DNA from: Takakia lepidozioides
Taxonomy: Eukaryota; Plantae; Bryophyta
Length of the DNA: 64,000 nt
NCBI GenBank assembly: GCA_030704615.1
Contig: CM060732.1
Coordinates: forward strand, 38,750,001 to 38,814,000
Direction of reading: 5' to 3'
Position 1 is the stretch's first letter. Each line of letters opens with the position of its first letter. The position numbers and the translations under genes are program-made. Positions 48,660-58,683 of this stretch are shown in pieces. The notes under the pieces were generated by a model, which searched no databases, was not told the DNA's origin, and saw only the letters and a program-made list of their open reading frames with translations.

Positions 48660-49270
48660 TCACACTTGGGCCTCTACATGGGAAATGCTTTTGGATACAT
48701 GAATAGAAGATTGCACTTGGGCTTAGATTTCGATTTTTCACACATGGGCCAACGACATAGGCTACACTAGAGGTCGCACTTGGGCCTCAACATAAAAGAC
48801 ACACTGGAATACATAAGAAATTGCACTTGGTCTTAAATGACATTGGACTTGGGCATCTACATGGGAGATGCACTTGGATACATAAAAGATTGCACACTCG
48901 GCTTAGATGGCCCTCGACATAGTAGACGCACATGGGAGATGTCATTGGATACATAGGAGACGCACTTGGATACGTAGGAGATTGCACTTGGGCTTAAATG
49001 ACAATGGACACTTGGGCCTCTACACGGGAGATGCACTTGGATACATAAAAGATTGCACTTGGGCTTAGATGGCCTCGACGTAGGAGACGCACTAGGATCA
49101 TAGGAAATTGCACTTAGTCTTAGATTTCAATTATTCACACATGGGCCAACGGCACAAGCTACCATAGAGGCGATTTGGGCCTCGACATAGGAGACGAGAC
49201 GCACTTGGATACATAGGAGATTGCACATGGGCTTAGATGACACTGGACACTTGGGCCAACGGCACTGGCT
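48660..49270 (+). repeat. Array of short degenerate repeats built on GCACTTGG(GC/ATACAT); probably DNA-transposon subterminal repeats
   Basis: Many copies of TTGCACTTGGGCTTA and GCACTTGGATACATA, plus longer ~180-bp echoes. Confidence 0.8.
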
Positions 49271-50109
49271 ACCCTAGTCCAATGTAAAATAAGAGGCTCG
49301 ATGCAGATGCATACTAGTGCCTATGTTGTGTTATAATAATTTTTAATGTCAAATATTCATCCATCCTCATATTTTAGTTCTTAATAATAATACCATGATT
49401 TAAAGTATAAGAATTCCAACGAATGCATAGTCTTGCAATCTTTATGGCCAATGAAAAGAAACTTAAACTACAAAAAGATTATAAAATTAGACACACTTAG
49501 TATGGTTTTGTTTTAACACATTATAGAAGCCGTTGAAGAAAAATATTAATTCTAAGTTTTATTACATTAGGGAAGTCGCTTTTGCAATAATTGCAATTCT
49601 GGAAAATCATGATGATGTGATTGATTTATCCAAAAATATCATATCAAATAGCTGAAATAACTAAAACATTGACTCAGTTGTTATAGAATTTATATCACAA
49701 TTGCCAAGCTGCAATGTTTATATCTATTTGAGATTAGTAAAGTACTGCTTGACACGCTAGAAAATTACGAAAGTGTTCAAATTTGTGCTCACTTGAGCAA
49801 ACTACATACTACATTGGCACATCCTACATGGGAACAATGAGGCCATACCTCTCACAAACGTTGAGGGCCATAAACACACTAATGTGCAAATGTTGTCATA
49901 TTGGGATGGCTCCAAAGCCTCCATCGATCCGTGCCCCCTGCACTTGGTTCTACTCCTATATTGTCAAACATTAATTTGCATCTGCCAAGACTCTTTGACC
50001 AGGACTTAAGCAAATTTGATAACCACAAAATGCTTTGAGCTCCAGTTCTGATATCGAACCAATAAGGAAACTGACACATGTTCAAAGCTGATAGGACTTT
50101 GGTAACCAT

Positions 50110-50639
50110 GGATGGATGAACTTACTCATCCAATGCATGAATCCATTCATGAATAATATGCCTTCAAAATGGCATGTGTAGTAATTTAGTCATATAAATG
50201 CCTTTAAAAGGACATGTGTAGTGATGTAGTCATAGAGATGTGAAACCATCTACGTCATGCAGTCATAAGTTTTCATGGCATGTCATCAATTGATGAACTC
50301 ATCCAACGGACGAATCCATTCATGTATATGCCACAATGACACCTATAATGAAGTAGTTGTATAAATAGAGTTGTGAAACCATTTGCAGTCATGCAGTCAT
50401 AAGTTTCCATGAAACATCATCCACGCGTAGTAAAACATCTCACACTAGTCATATAAACCATCCCAAACATCGTGGTCAACAATGTTTGACCAATGCTCCC
50501 TATCTTTTCGGAGTCGTGTAGTAATATCTATTACTACATAGTGATAAAATATCTCTACAATGCATTTCATCGCCCTGTAGTCATAGTTGTTATGACTCCG
50601 CAAAAGCCGTAGTCATAAAAACCTTAATCTATTGTAGTG
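50110..50639. mobile_element. Right end of a CACTA (En/Spm) element with subterminal repeats
   Basis: The terminus ..CTATTGTAGTG at 50639 is the reverse complement of CACTACAATAG. There are repeated GTAGTCATA/TATGAC motifs and a ~175-bp internal duplication. A matching left end was not seen. Confidence 0.75.
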
Positions 50640-51589
50640 AGGTGTGGATGGGGATTGGTCGTTGGTCTTTTATTTGCCTTTGAAATTTGCCTAGTTGAGT
50701 TGAGAAGCACCAGCCTCTATATGCATCGGATCTGTGGGGTCATACAATTGTTTTGCCGGTCAGGGGGCTGGGGCTAAACTGAAAAAAAGTCATTGACTGG
50801 TGACACATGTGCCCTTGATATTGTGGCCTTGTTGATTGGATTGTTGTTCTTCAATTTCCAGTAGGGAGAGTTGGTGTCGATGAGTAGAGGATAGAGATGG
50901 GTATCCCCAGACCTGGAGAGCCATTTCTTTGCCTGTCGGATAGTCTGCTTTGATGTGGCCATGCATGTCACAATTGAAGCAAGCAGATGAGGTGGAATCT
51001 TCAATCAGTCTGATTGAAAAGTAGTTATCTTCTTTGTCTATGGGGAGACGAATGAATTCAGGTAGTGTTGCCAGCTAGTCTTCGGGCATAATATAAGGAC
51101 CATTTCAGCAAAGCCAGTTTCGTTGAGTCTAGAGGCAATTGTGGCAGACTTCCAAGCAATGTTTTGTCTGATGTTCTCCGTACACATGAGAGGGTAAAAA
51201 AACCCCCAAGCCCAAGTAAAACCCAAAGTGATTGGCGATATCTGACAGGTTGGTCAGACCTATGTATGGGAGAGAAACGGTTCTGGGACCCCATAACTTA
51301 CCGTTTCTATTACCCATCTTGAAAGACCATGGGAAGATGTTAACATTGAAGCTTTGCACATGAGGGTTAAACAGAAGGGCCTGGGATGCGGCCTCCTGGA
51401 TTTCAAAGACAGGGAGAAGAAGCCCCTCCCTTCGGCAATGGCAGAATTGTTGTTTTAATTCCTCTGCTGATCCTCCCAAATATTTGATGGCCAAATCCCT
51501 AACAAAAGCTCTACTGACCTTCTTTCCTGTAAAATGGAAAAGGATTCCGTTCTCTGAACTATGCAGGAAACTAGATAAATAGATTTTTG

Positions 51590-51820
51590 CTTACCCTCCG
51601 GGAAAGGGTAAATAGAAAATCAGAGGACTATTTAACCTCCGGCTAAGGGTAAATTATTTATATGTCCACTTATTTATCCTTTGAGTACGGGTAAATTATT
51701 TGTATGTCCATTTATTTATCCGACGGGTAAAGGATAAAGGCCAAGATTTTTAACTGGATAAAGATAAATATCCGGTAAGGATATTTGATCTACCCTTTAT
51801 ATACCCGCCGGGTAAATAAA
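51590..51820. repeat. Cluster of TTTA(C/T)CC / GGGTAAA inverted motifs; related cluster at ~29570-29665
   Basis: Multiple GGGTAAAT copies with inverted partners in both places; likely a remnant of a DNA transposon or MITE end. Confidence 0.6.
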
Positions 51821-51913
51821 GAATATATTGAAGGATGTATAGTTGTTTTTCTTTTCAATAAAGGGGATGAAGGCCCAGTAAAAATTTATAAATTTATAAA
51901 TTTTAATTTATTA

Positions 51914-51943
<30 letters not shown>
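51914..51943 (+). repeat. (AAT)10 microsatellite
   Basis: Direct reading. Confidence 0.95.
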
Positions 51944-51947
<4 letters not shown>

Positions 51948-52935
51948 CTAATTGCTGCAATGCCTTTCTATGGTAAAACACAGGGGCATCATTGCAGCAA
52001 TGGGGCCCTTGCTTTCATCGGGTCCCAGTCTGGAACGGTGTACCCTGCCGGTTCTTTTTCAGGGTATGAAAGTAATGGACCCGGCACAAGAAAAATACAG
52101 GTGGTACCCGGGGTGAGCTGGACCCGCCGGGGCCACGTGCGCTCCATACCCGAGCGCAGCTAGAACCGTTTATAAGCATGTGTGCATGTGTGATAAAGAA
52201 GCAGCGGCAGGGCCTCTTCACAAACCGACCTGCCCCTTCATGTCTCCAACCAGCCATCAGGCACACACTCCACAAGCAGCCAGAGCAGAGCAAAGCAAAG
52301 CCCATGCATGAAACCACAATCAGCAAGACGAGGCTTGCAATGTTCAAATGAACTAACATGCCATGAGGATTATACATGTAGTTGATAAGATCTTGTATAA
52401 AATGAGGGCGAAACGCTGAACAAGGCGATAGGAACAGAAGGGCGAGAGACTAGTGTTCGTTGTTGCGGTATAAGTGGTCGTCTGCATCTCTAGAACTGTG
52501 GATTACTACATGCAGAAGACTGTTTGGTGAAGATGATTGACTGTTTCGTGAGCCAGGGAGATTACAGGAGTGAATTGGTAGTGAACGATACACCTTCCAT
52601 GTACTGCAAAACCGCTTCTTGTGTGGATTCAAATCGTTTCCTGGAACTCACCGTTTGCGGTGGAACGGTTGAGAGGATCTGCAACTGCTCCCACGTTCCA
52701 AAATTCTTCAAAAGACACTAAGTGTGCAATCCTGCAGCTGTCTCGATCATGGTGATTTTTCAAGGAACGAGTATGTTGTCTGGTGATCATGAAAGTGGTC
52801 TGTGCTCGGTCTGTGTCGGAGTGGGTTTTCGCTACTGGGAGTCTTCAGGACGCATTCAACGGCGTCTTGGGGGAGTAGTTAGAGAAGTAGAAGACCGATG
52901 AGTGTAGTCGTGAGTGGATCAATGCCGGAGCAGCC

Positions 52936-53958
52936 ATGGGGTCGTGCTTCTATTCAAAACAATCTCGATCTACTGGGCAGTCGAGCAGCTCTAGCTGTCT
53001 GTACTCACTACTCAGCAGGTCCTCATGCTTTGCAGGGTCCAAAGGAAAACAGTCTAAGAAGTCTGGTCCCCATGGCCCTGGCAATAATGCTTGCTGCCGT
53101 CCACGTCTGAAGAAGTCTCGTTCCAGAAGAAGTTCTGATTTCGAGTTCTCTAGTTTATACCAACTTGGGAAAACTATTGGGGTCGGAGGTTTTGCTGTTG
53201 TGAGGTTGGGGAGAAACCTTGCGACAGGAGAGGAGGTTGCCGTTAAGGTCATTGACAGGTCTAAGTATGGCCCAAAAGATGGAAGCCTTGAACGAGAGAT
53301 CAATGTCTTGGAGAAGGTGCAGCATCCAAACTGCATTTGTTTCAAGGAATGTTTCTTCACAAAGCACCATGTTTATGTCGTCACAGAACTTGTGACAGGC
53401 GGTGAACTGTTGGGCCGGGTGCTGGCGAAAAGGAGGTTCTCGGAGACAGAGGCAGCACGCACCATGCGCCAAATACTAGGGGGTATAGCTTACCTCCACT
53501 CGGTAGGCATTGTCCATCGAGACCTCAAGCTCGAGAACATTCTACTCAAGTCCACCGACGACGATGCGGAAGTGAAAATTGCAGACTTTGGTTTGGCCAA
53601 ACTCTTTGGTGGATCTGCTGTTCTGTCCACAATTTGTGGGTCACCTCAATACGTTGCTCCTGAGGTGTTGGAAGTTGGCCACAGACGTCCATACTACACA
53701 CCAGCTGCGGACTTGTGGAGTGCAGGAGTGATACTCTACATACTTCTGTGTGGGTTTTCTCCTTTTGATGATCCCAATGAGGGTGCTTTGTTTAACAAAA
53801 TCAGGCGAGGACTATATTCTTTGCGAGCGCCCATCTGGGAGACCATCTCCGCCGAAGCCAAAGATCTGATCCAAAAACTATTAACTGTAAATGCTGATAT
53901 TCGTTTGACAGCAAAGCAAGCTCTTGCCCACCCTTGGCTGCAGGACAAAGAATCATGA
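52936..53958 (+). CDS. Intronless CAMK-group Ser/Thr protein kinase, 340 aa, N-terminal MGSC acylation motif, no EF-hands
   Basis: GVGGFAVV, VAVK, ELVTGGEL, HRDLKLEN, DFG, TICGSPQYVAPE and DLWSAG. The ORF stops right after HPWL. Confidence 0.95.
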   Translation: MGSCFYSKQSRSTGQSSSSSCLYSLLSRSSCFAGSKGKQSKKSGPHGPGNNACCRPRLKKSRSRRSSDFEFSSLYQLGKTIGVGGFAVVRLGRNLATGEEVAVKVIDRSKYGPKDGSLEREINVLEKVQHPNCICFKECFFTKHHVYVVTELVTGGELLGRVLAKRRFSETEAARTMRQILGGIAYLHSVGIVHRDLKLENILLKSTDDDAEVKIADFGLAKLFGGSAVLSTICGSPQYVAPEVLEVGHRRPYYTPAADLWSAGVILYILLCGFSPFDDPNEGALFNKIRRGLYSLRAPIWETISAEAKDLIQKLLTVNADIRLTAKQALAHPWLQDKES

Positions 53959-55989
53959 AAATAATGAAGTGCTTGAGCAAGACATTTTCAAAGTATCTAT
54001 TCCGAAAACATCCTCCCCCAGGAGACTGATGATAATCCTGTGCAATATTTCGTTAGATGAGTCCGTTTGTCATGGTGACACTGGTATTCCTTGGTTACAT
54101 ATGATGCTGTTGCTTTTCAACTCATCCACAACCACAGCCCTGAGATGTCATATGAGCTCAGCAAAAGCTGGCTATGGTGATGAAGCAGCAGATGAGGATG
54201 GCCGACGCAACCTGCCCAAATCCCAAGAATCCTCTCTCCACAACACCATGTAAATGCATCTTCCTAACACTGACCTACATGTATGTAATGAATAATTAGA
54301 CCAAGGTACTGTTAACTGTTATAAATTGCTTTAATACTATTGTGATAAGCTGATAGGAGGATATCAGCATTGCTATAGTGTCAAATAGGCCCCAAATGTG
54401 TTCACTCCTTTGATATTGACACCATATGCAGCTCATCACCTGATAAGTGATTTCTTCCTTCATTTGGAAGCTTGTGGGCCTTGTAAGTTCGAGGTACAAA
54501 TACCGCTCAAAGAAGGAAAGTCAAGCGCTGTACACTGCCAATGAAACTCAGCAGAGGAGCAGATGACCTTGGTTACTTGGCAACAACAACTGAAATTTCT
54601 ATAGGCACCCCTGTTCCTGTCTCCAATGGATCTCGTTCTGATTTAGCTCAGGTTCACGACCACTGTATCTCGTGCGCTTGGAGTAGTGTCATGCCCCTGA
54701 AATTCCTCAGCTGAACTTTTGTGTTATATCTCTATGTATGTTTTTCAATTTTGAGTTCCTATTTTTGTGATACTTAGACCTCCAGTTTATTTTGTCGTCA
54801 GGTTGTGCAGGAGAGGACTAAGGACTCATTCCATGTTTCAATGACCCTCAGCAAGATCATAGCTAGGTGTAGACCGTAGACGTGCAAATTCCTCAAACTG
54901 AAGTTTAAGAAGCAGAGGCAACGTAACGTGCTCAGTACAGAAGGAATTGACTATAATTCAGTGCCTCCACGAGTTTCCTTTTCCACTTCACTCTTCCTCC
55001 CTCTTCACAGATTCTGGCATCACCTTTCATGCTCCTTTCCTCTGTCTTTCAGACCCTCTGCAACAGAGTTTCTAATCTACTCAGCTGTCCGCAGCTGTAA
55101 TCACCCTCCTTGGACATCAGGGAATCCATCACCACCATCTGCACCTCTTTATAATCCTTGCAGCTTCTCTTTCCTGACCATCCAAAGGGCAATAACCGAG
55201 ATACTGACGTGAACTTATGGCTTGCTTTTTCAAAAGTTTGATTGAGGAAAATAGAAGGAAACTGAAAGAAAAATGACCTGCTCCAAAATCTCCATTCTTC
55301 TGGCACAACCTTTACAAAGAGATTAGTGGCTTCAAGATTCTTGCAGGGGATTTGAAGGTAAAGCCAGTGGAGCAAGTGGATAAAACTTTTCACACTGCTA
55401 AATTGGCAGTGCAGCTCTTAGTAGAGAGGAAATAAGAGTGTAAGCATAACTTATTGGAAGATGGACAGGGCGTTGACATCAATCTCCCCTACTGAAAGAC
55501 TGGAACAGATCTATACAAAAACCAGGTTGAGCAGAAATTGATCTCCACAGCCATCAACAACTACTACATTTCCAGTAGGCAGTGTCAGAGTGCTAGGCTT
55601 CTGACACAACACAACATTCATGTGTTAAAAAATCCTCAGGAGTTGATGGTAAACAAGTCTTGGAATACCATTGGCAATTATGTCTATTCTTCAAATTTCT
55701 TTTGGCATGTAAAGTGGTTATGTGTGGGGCTTTGCACTTCCATGGACTTCCTGCCCGTCATCATTACTTATCCTTGCAATCTGTTTTCCATGACTTCACT
55801 CCTGCCTTTCAACAGTCACACTTGAATGGTGATTGTCACCATGGGCAACTAACAAAGTGCAACAGACGACGCATTAAGAGACCTTCGAGACAACTCTCGG
55901 TTGCATAAACCAATTATGAACTTTCCAGCCTCACCATTTATCATGCATGCTGCTATGTTTCACCTCTGATCTCCACGAGAACAACCCCC

Positions 55990-56245
55990 AACTTAGGAGG
56001 TAAAAGTGGTTGGCATCCCTTACAACAGGTGGTCCCCAAATTTGCGAATAAGTGAACCGGAGGGGTTTCTCGTGATGGTGCCAGTCATTCTGATGAGCCC
56101 AAAGCAATGGTCAGCTTGTCACTCTGGTAGCAAATAGAAAGTTCCTTGTGCTCCTCCTCCAGATCATGCAATACAAAGCATGGGTCGGTTACATACCCCA
56201 ATCCTCCTTCATCTGCCCAGACCAATCCCTTCAGCTCAGCATGTC
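55990..56245 (-). pseudogene. Degenerate DYW domain detached from the third PPR gene
   Basis: The minus strand reads GYVTDPCFVLHDLEEEHKELSICYQSDKLTIA (HSE changed to QSD) and VVRDANHF. It is separated from the PPR stop by about 250 bp. Confidence 0.85.
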
Positions 56246-56493
56246 ACTTTGAGGATGTGACTTATCTTTGAAAACAAGCGGCTAGTCGCGTATGGCTCCT
56301 CTTTGTGGATAGTGGAATCTACATACTAAACTTGAAAATTCATCCATTTATTTTTCGTAAGTTGTTCAATAACAAGGTGTTATCTGGAGAAGGCACATCA
56401 TGGAAGTAGTTTTCAGCAAAGGAGAGGAGGTGACACCTGGGAGAGGCACAACAGGGACTTAGCGATTTTTGACACTGATGCGTAGTCTCCTCT

Positions 56494-58683
56494 TTATTCT
56501 AAAGAGGAGCCAATAAATGTCTGCACGGGACTCTCCACCTCAATGCAGCTATGCCCTGGTTCCAACCCTGCATCTGCCATCATTTTCCTCACCTTTGCAT
56601 CATCCTCCCACCTACCAGCTGCAGCATAGATGTCCGATAGCAGCACATAAGCTGCAGGGTGCTTTGGATCCCAGTTGAGGATGCATTTGGCAGCACGTTC
56701 TGCTATCTCCACCCCACCATGAACACTGCAGGCACCAAGCAAGGCCCCCCACACCAAAGCATCTCGTTCAACTGGCATTCTGTTAATTAAGTTCTCTGCC
56801 TCATCCAATCGGCCTGCCCGGCCAAAAAGATCTACCATGCAGCAAAAATGCTCCACTGTAGGTGTGAGGCCATGATCTCGACTCATGGAATCAAAGTAGT
56901 GTCGACCTTCCTCCACCAAGCCCATGTGGCTACAGGCCGAGAGAAGAGATATGAAGGTGATACTGGCTGGTTTCAAGCCTTCCTGCTGCATTTCTTCAAA
57001 TAGATGCAGTGCCTCCCTACCACACCCATGTTGGGCACATCCGGCAATCATTGCACTCCATGAGACCACATCTCGTTTAGCCATATTATGAAACACGTTC
57101 CGTGCATCCTTTACACTCCCACATTTCGCATACATGTCAACAAGTGCATTCTCCAAATTAATATATGATCCAATTTTAGCTTTGACGATGCGAGCATGCA
57201 CTTCTTTGCCCTTTTCCAGAGCTCCTTCACTGGCACATGCATTGACAACGCAAACGAATGTGACTCTGTCAGGTCTCACCCCTTCCATTTGCATTCGATT
57301 GTAGATATTGAGAGCCTCCCTGCCAAACCTGTGCTGGGCATATCCTCCAATCACTGCATTCCATGAGACCACATTTCGTTCAGGCATTTTGTCGAATAGT
57401 TGAAGCGCATCCTTCATGCTCCCGCATTTGGCATACATGTCAACAAGGGCAGTGTCCAATATTATATCTGACGCAATGCCAGTTTTGATCAACTCAGCAT
57501 GAATCTGCTGTCCCTTGTCCAGGTCTCCTAGGTTGGCACACGCATTGAGAATGCAAATGAACGTCACCCTGTCGGCCATCATCCCATCTCGCTGCATTTG
57601 CTCATAGATTTCCAATGCCTCCATACCACAACCATGTTGGGCATATCCTGCGATCATCGCACTCCATGAGAAAACATTTCGCTTAGACATATTGTCGAAC
57701 ACTAGACGCGCATCTCTTATGCAACTGCATTTGGCATACATGTCAACAAGAGCAGTCTCCAAAATAATATCAGAGGGTATTCCAGCCTTGATAATATCAG
57801 CATGCACCCGCTTGCCCTTTTCCAGGGCTCCTAGGCTGGCGCATGCATTGAGAGTGCAAATAAATGTCACCCTGTTGGGCAACACCCCTTCTTGTCGCAT
57901 TTCCTCATACATCTCGAAAGCTTCCATACCAGATCCACACAGGCCATATCCTGTAATCATCGCGTTCCATGAGACCACATTTCGTTCAGTCATATTGTCA
58001 AACACCTGGCGCGCATCCTTTATGCTCCCGCATTTGGCATACATATCAACTAAGGAAGTTTCCAAAATAACATGTAGTGCTACTCCAGTTTTGCTGATGT
58101 CAGCATGAACTCGCTTTCCTTTTTCCAGGTCCCCTAGGCTGGCACACGCATTGAGAATGCAAATGAACGTGACCCCGTCAGGTGCCACTCCGTCCTGTTG
58201 CATTTGCTCATAAATTCTAAAAGCCTTCTCAGCATGCCCATGCTTGGCATATCCTGTCATCATTATAGTCCATGTGACTATATCTCGTGTAGGCATTTGG
58301 TCAAACACTCCAAATGCATCTACCATGCTTCCACACTTGGCATACATGTTGAGAAGGGTGTTGAAGAGAAAGGTATTTGCTTGGAATCCACTATGGATGA
58401 TGTGGGCATGCACCTGCCTTCCTTGTGCTAGGGTTTTCATCTTGATGCACTTGTGCAAGAGACACACATAAGTAGAGGAGTCTGCACGAGTGCCTTGTTG
58501 ATCCAAAATGTGAAGTGCCTCTTTCAGTCGTCCTGCCGTACATAGTGCCTTCACAACCTCACAATTGCTCTTGTCGAATTCCTTTGGCGGTCCTCTTTCA
58601 AATGTTGTTGTGGTGGTGGGGATGCTACCCCCGACACCAGTCTGATGCCCAACAAACAATTGTGCCTGATCCAGACCTTCCAT
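56494..58683 (-). CDS. PLS-class PPR protein, E/E+ subclass ending just after the PG box (~729 aa from the ATG at 58683)
   Basis: About five PLS triplets, complete E1/E2 (AAYVLLSDIYAAAGRWEDDAKVRKMM), PG box EPGHSCIEV, then stop. Confidence 0.94.
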   Translation of the reverse strand: MEGLDQAQLFVGHQTGVGGSIPTTTTTFERGPPKEFDKSNCEVVKALCTAGRLKEALHILDQQGTRADSSTYVCLLHKCIKMKTLAQGRQVHAHIIHSGFQANTFLFNTLLNMYAKCGSMVDAFGVFDQMPTRDIVTWTIMMTGYAKHGHAEKAFRIYEQMQQDGVAPDGVTFICILNACASLGDLEKGKRVHADISKTGVALHVILETSLVDMYAKCGSIKDARQVFDNMTERNVVSWNAMITGYGLCGSGMEAFEMYEEMRQEGVLPNRVTFICTLNACASLGALEKGKRVHADIIKAGIPSDIILETALVDMYAKCSCIRDARLVFDNMSKRNVFSWSAMIAGYAQHGCGMEALEIYEQMQRDGMMADRVTFICILNACANLGDLDKGQQIHAELIKTGIASDIILDTALVDMYAKCGSMKDALQLFDKMPERNVVSWNAVIGGYAQHRFGREALNIYNRMQMEGVRPDRVTFVCVVNACASEGALEKGKEVHARIVKAKIGSYINLENALVDMYAKCGSVKDARNVFHNMAKRDVVSWSAMIAGCAQHGCGREALHLFEEMQQEGLKPASITFISLLSACSHMGLVEEGRHYFDSMSRDHGLTPTVEHFCCMVDLFGRAGRLDEAENLINRMPVERDALVWGALLGACSVHGGVEIAERAAKCILNWDPKHPAAYVLLSDIYAAAGRWEDDAKVRKMMADAGLEPGHSCIEVESPVQTFIGSSLE

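Noticed and set aside
49270-49320. Helitron 3' end (CTAG)
   Set aside because: No convincing GC-rich subterminal hairpin and no Rep/helicase remnant.
50770-51500. Possible degraded LINE ORF2 C-terminal fragment (similar weak hint at ~54900-55400)
   Set aside because: Only vague similarity (e.g. ALLFNPH), insufficient without a profile search.
55990-56570. U-to-C (DYW:KP-type) editing domain
   Set aside because: The remnants show PG-type features (EPG.S.IE box, HSE-derived motif, D*W end in the 9.8-kb copy), not KP-type signatures.
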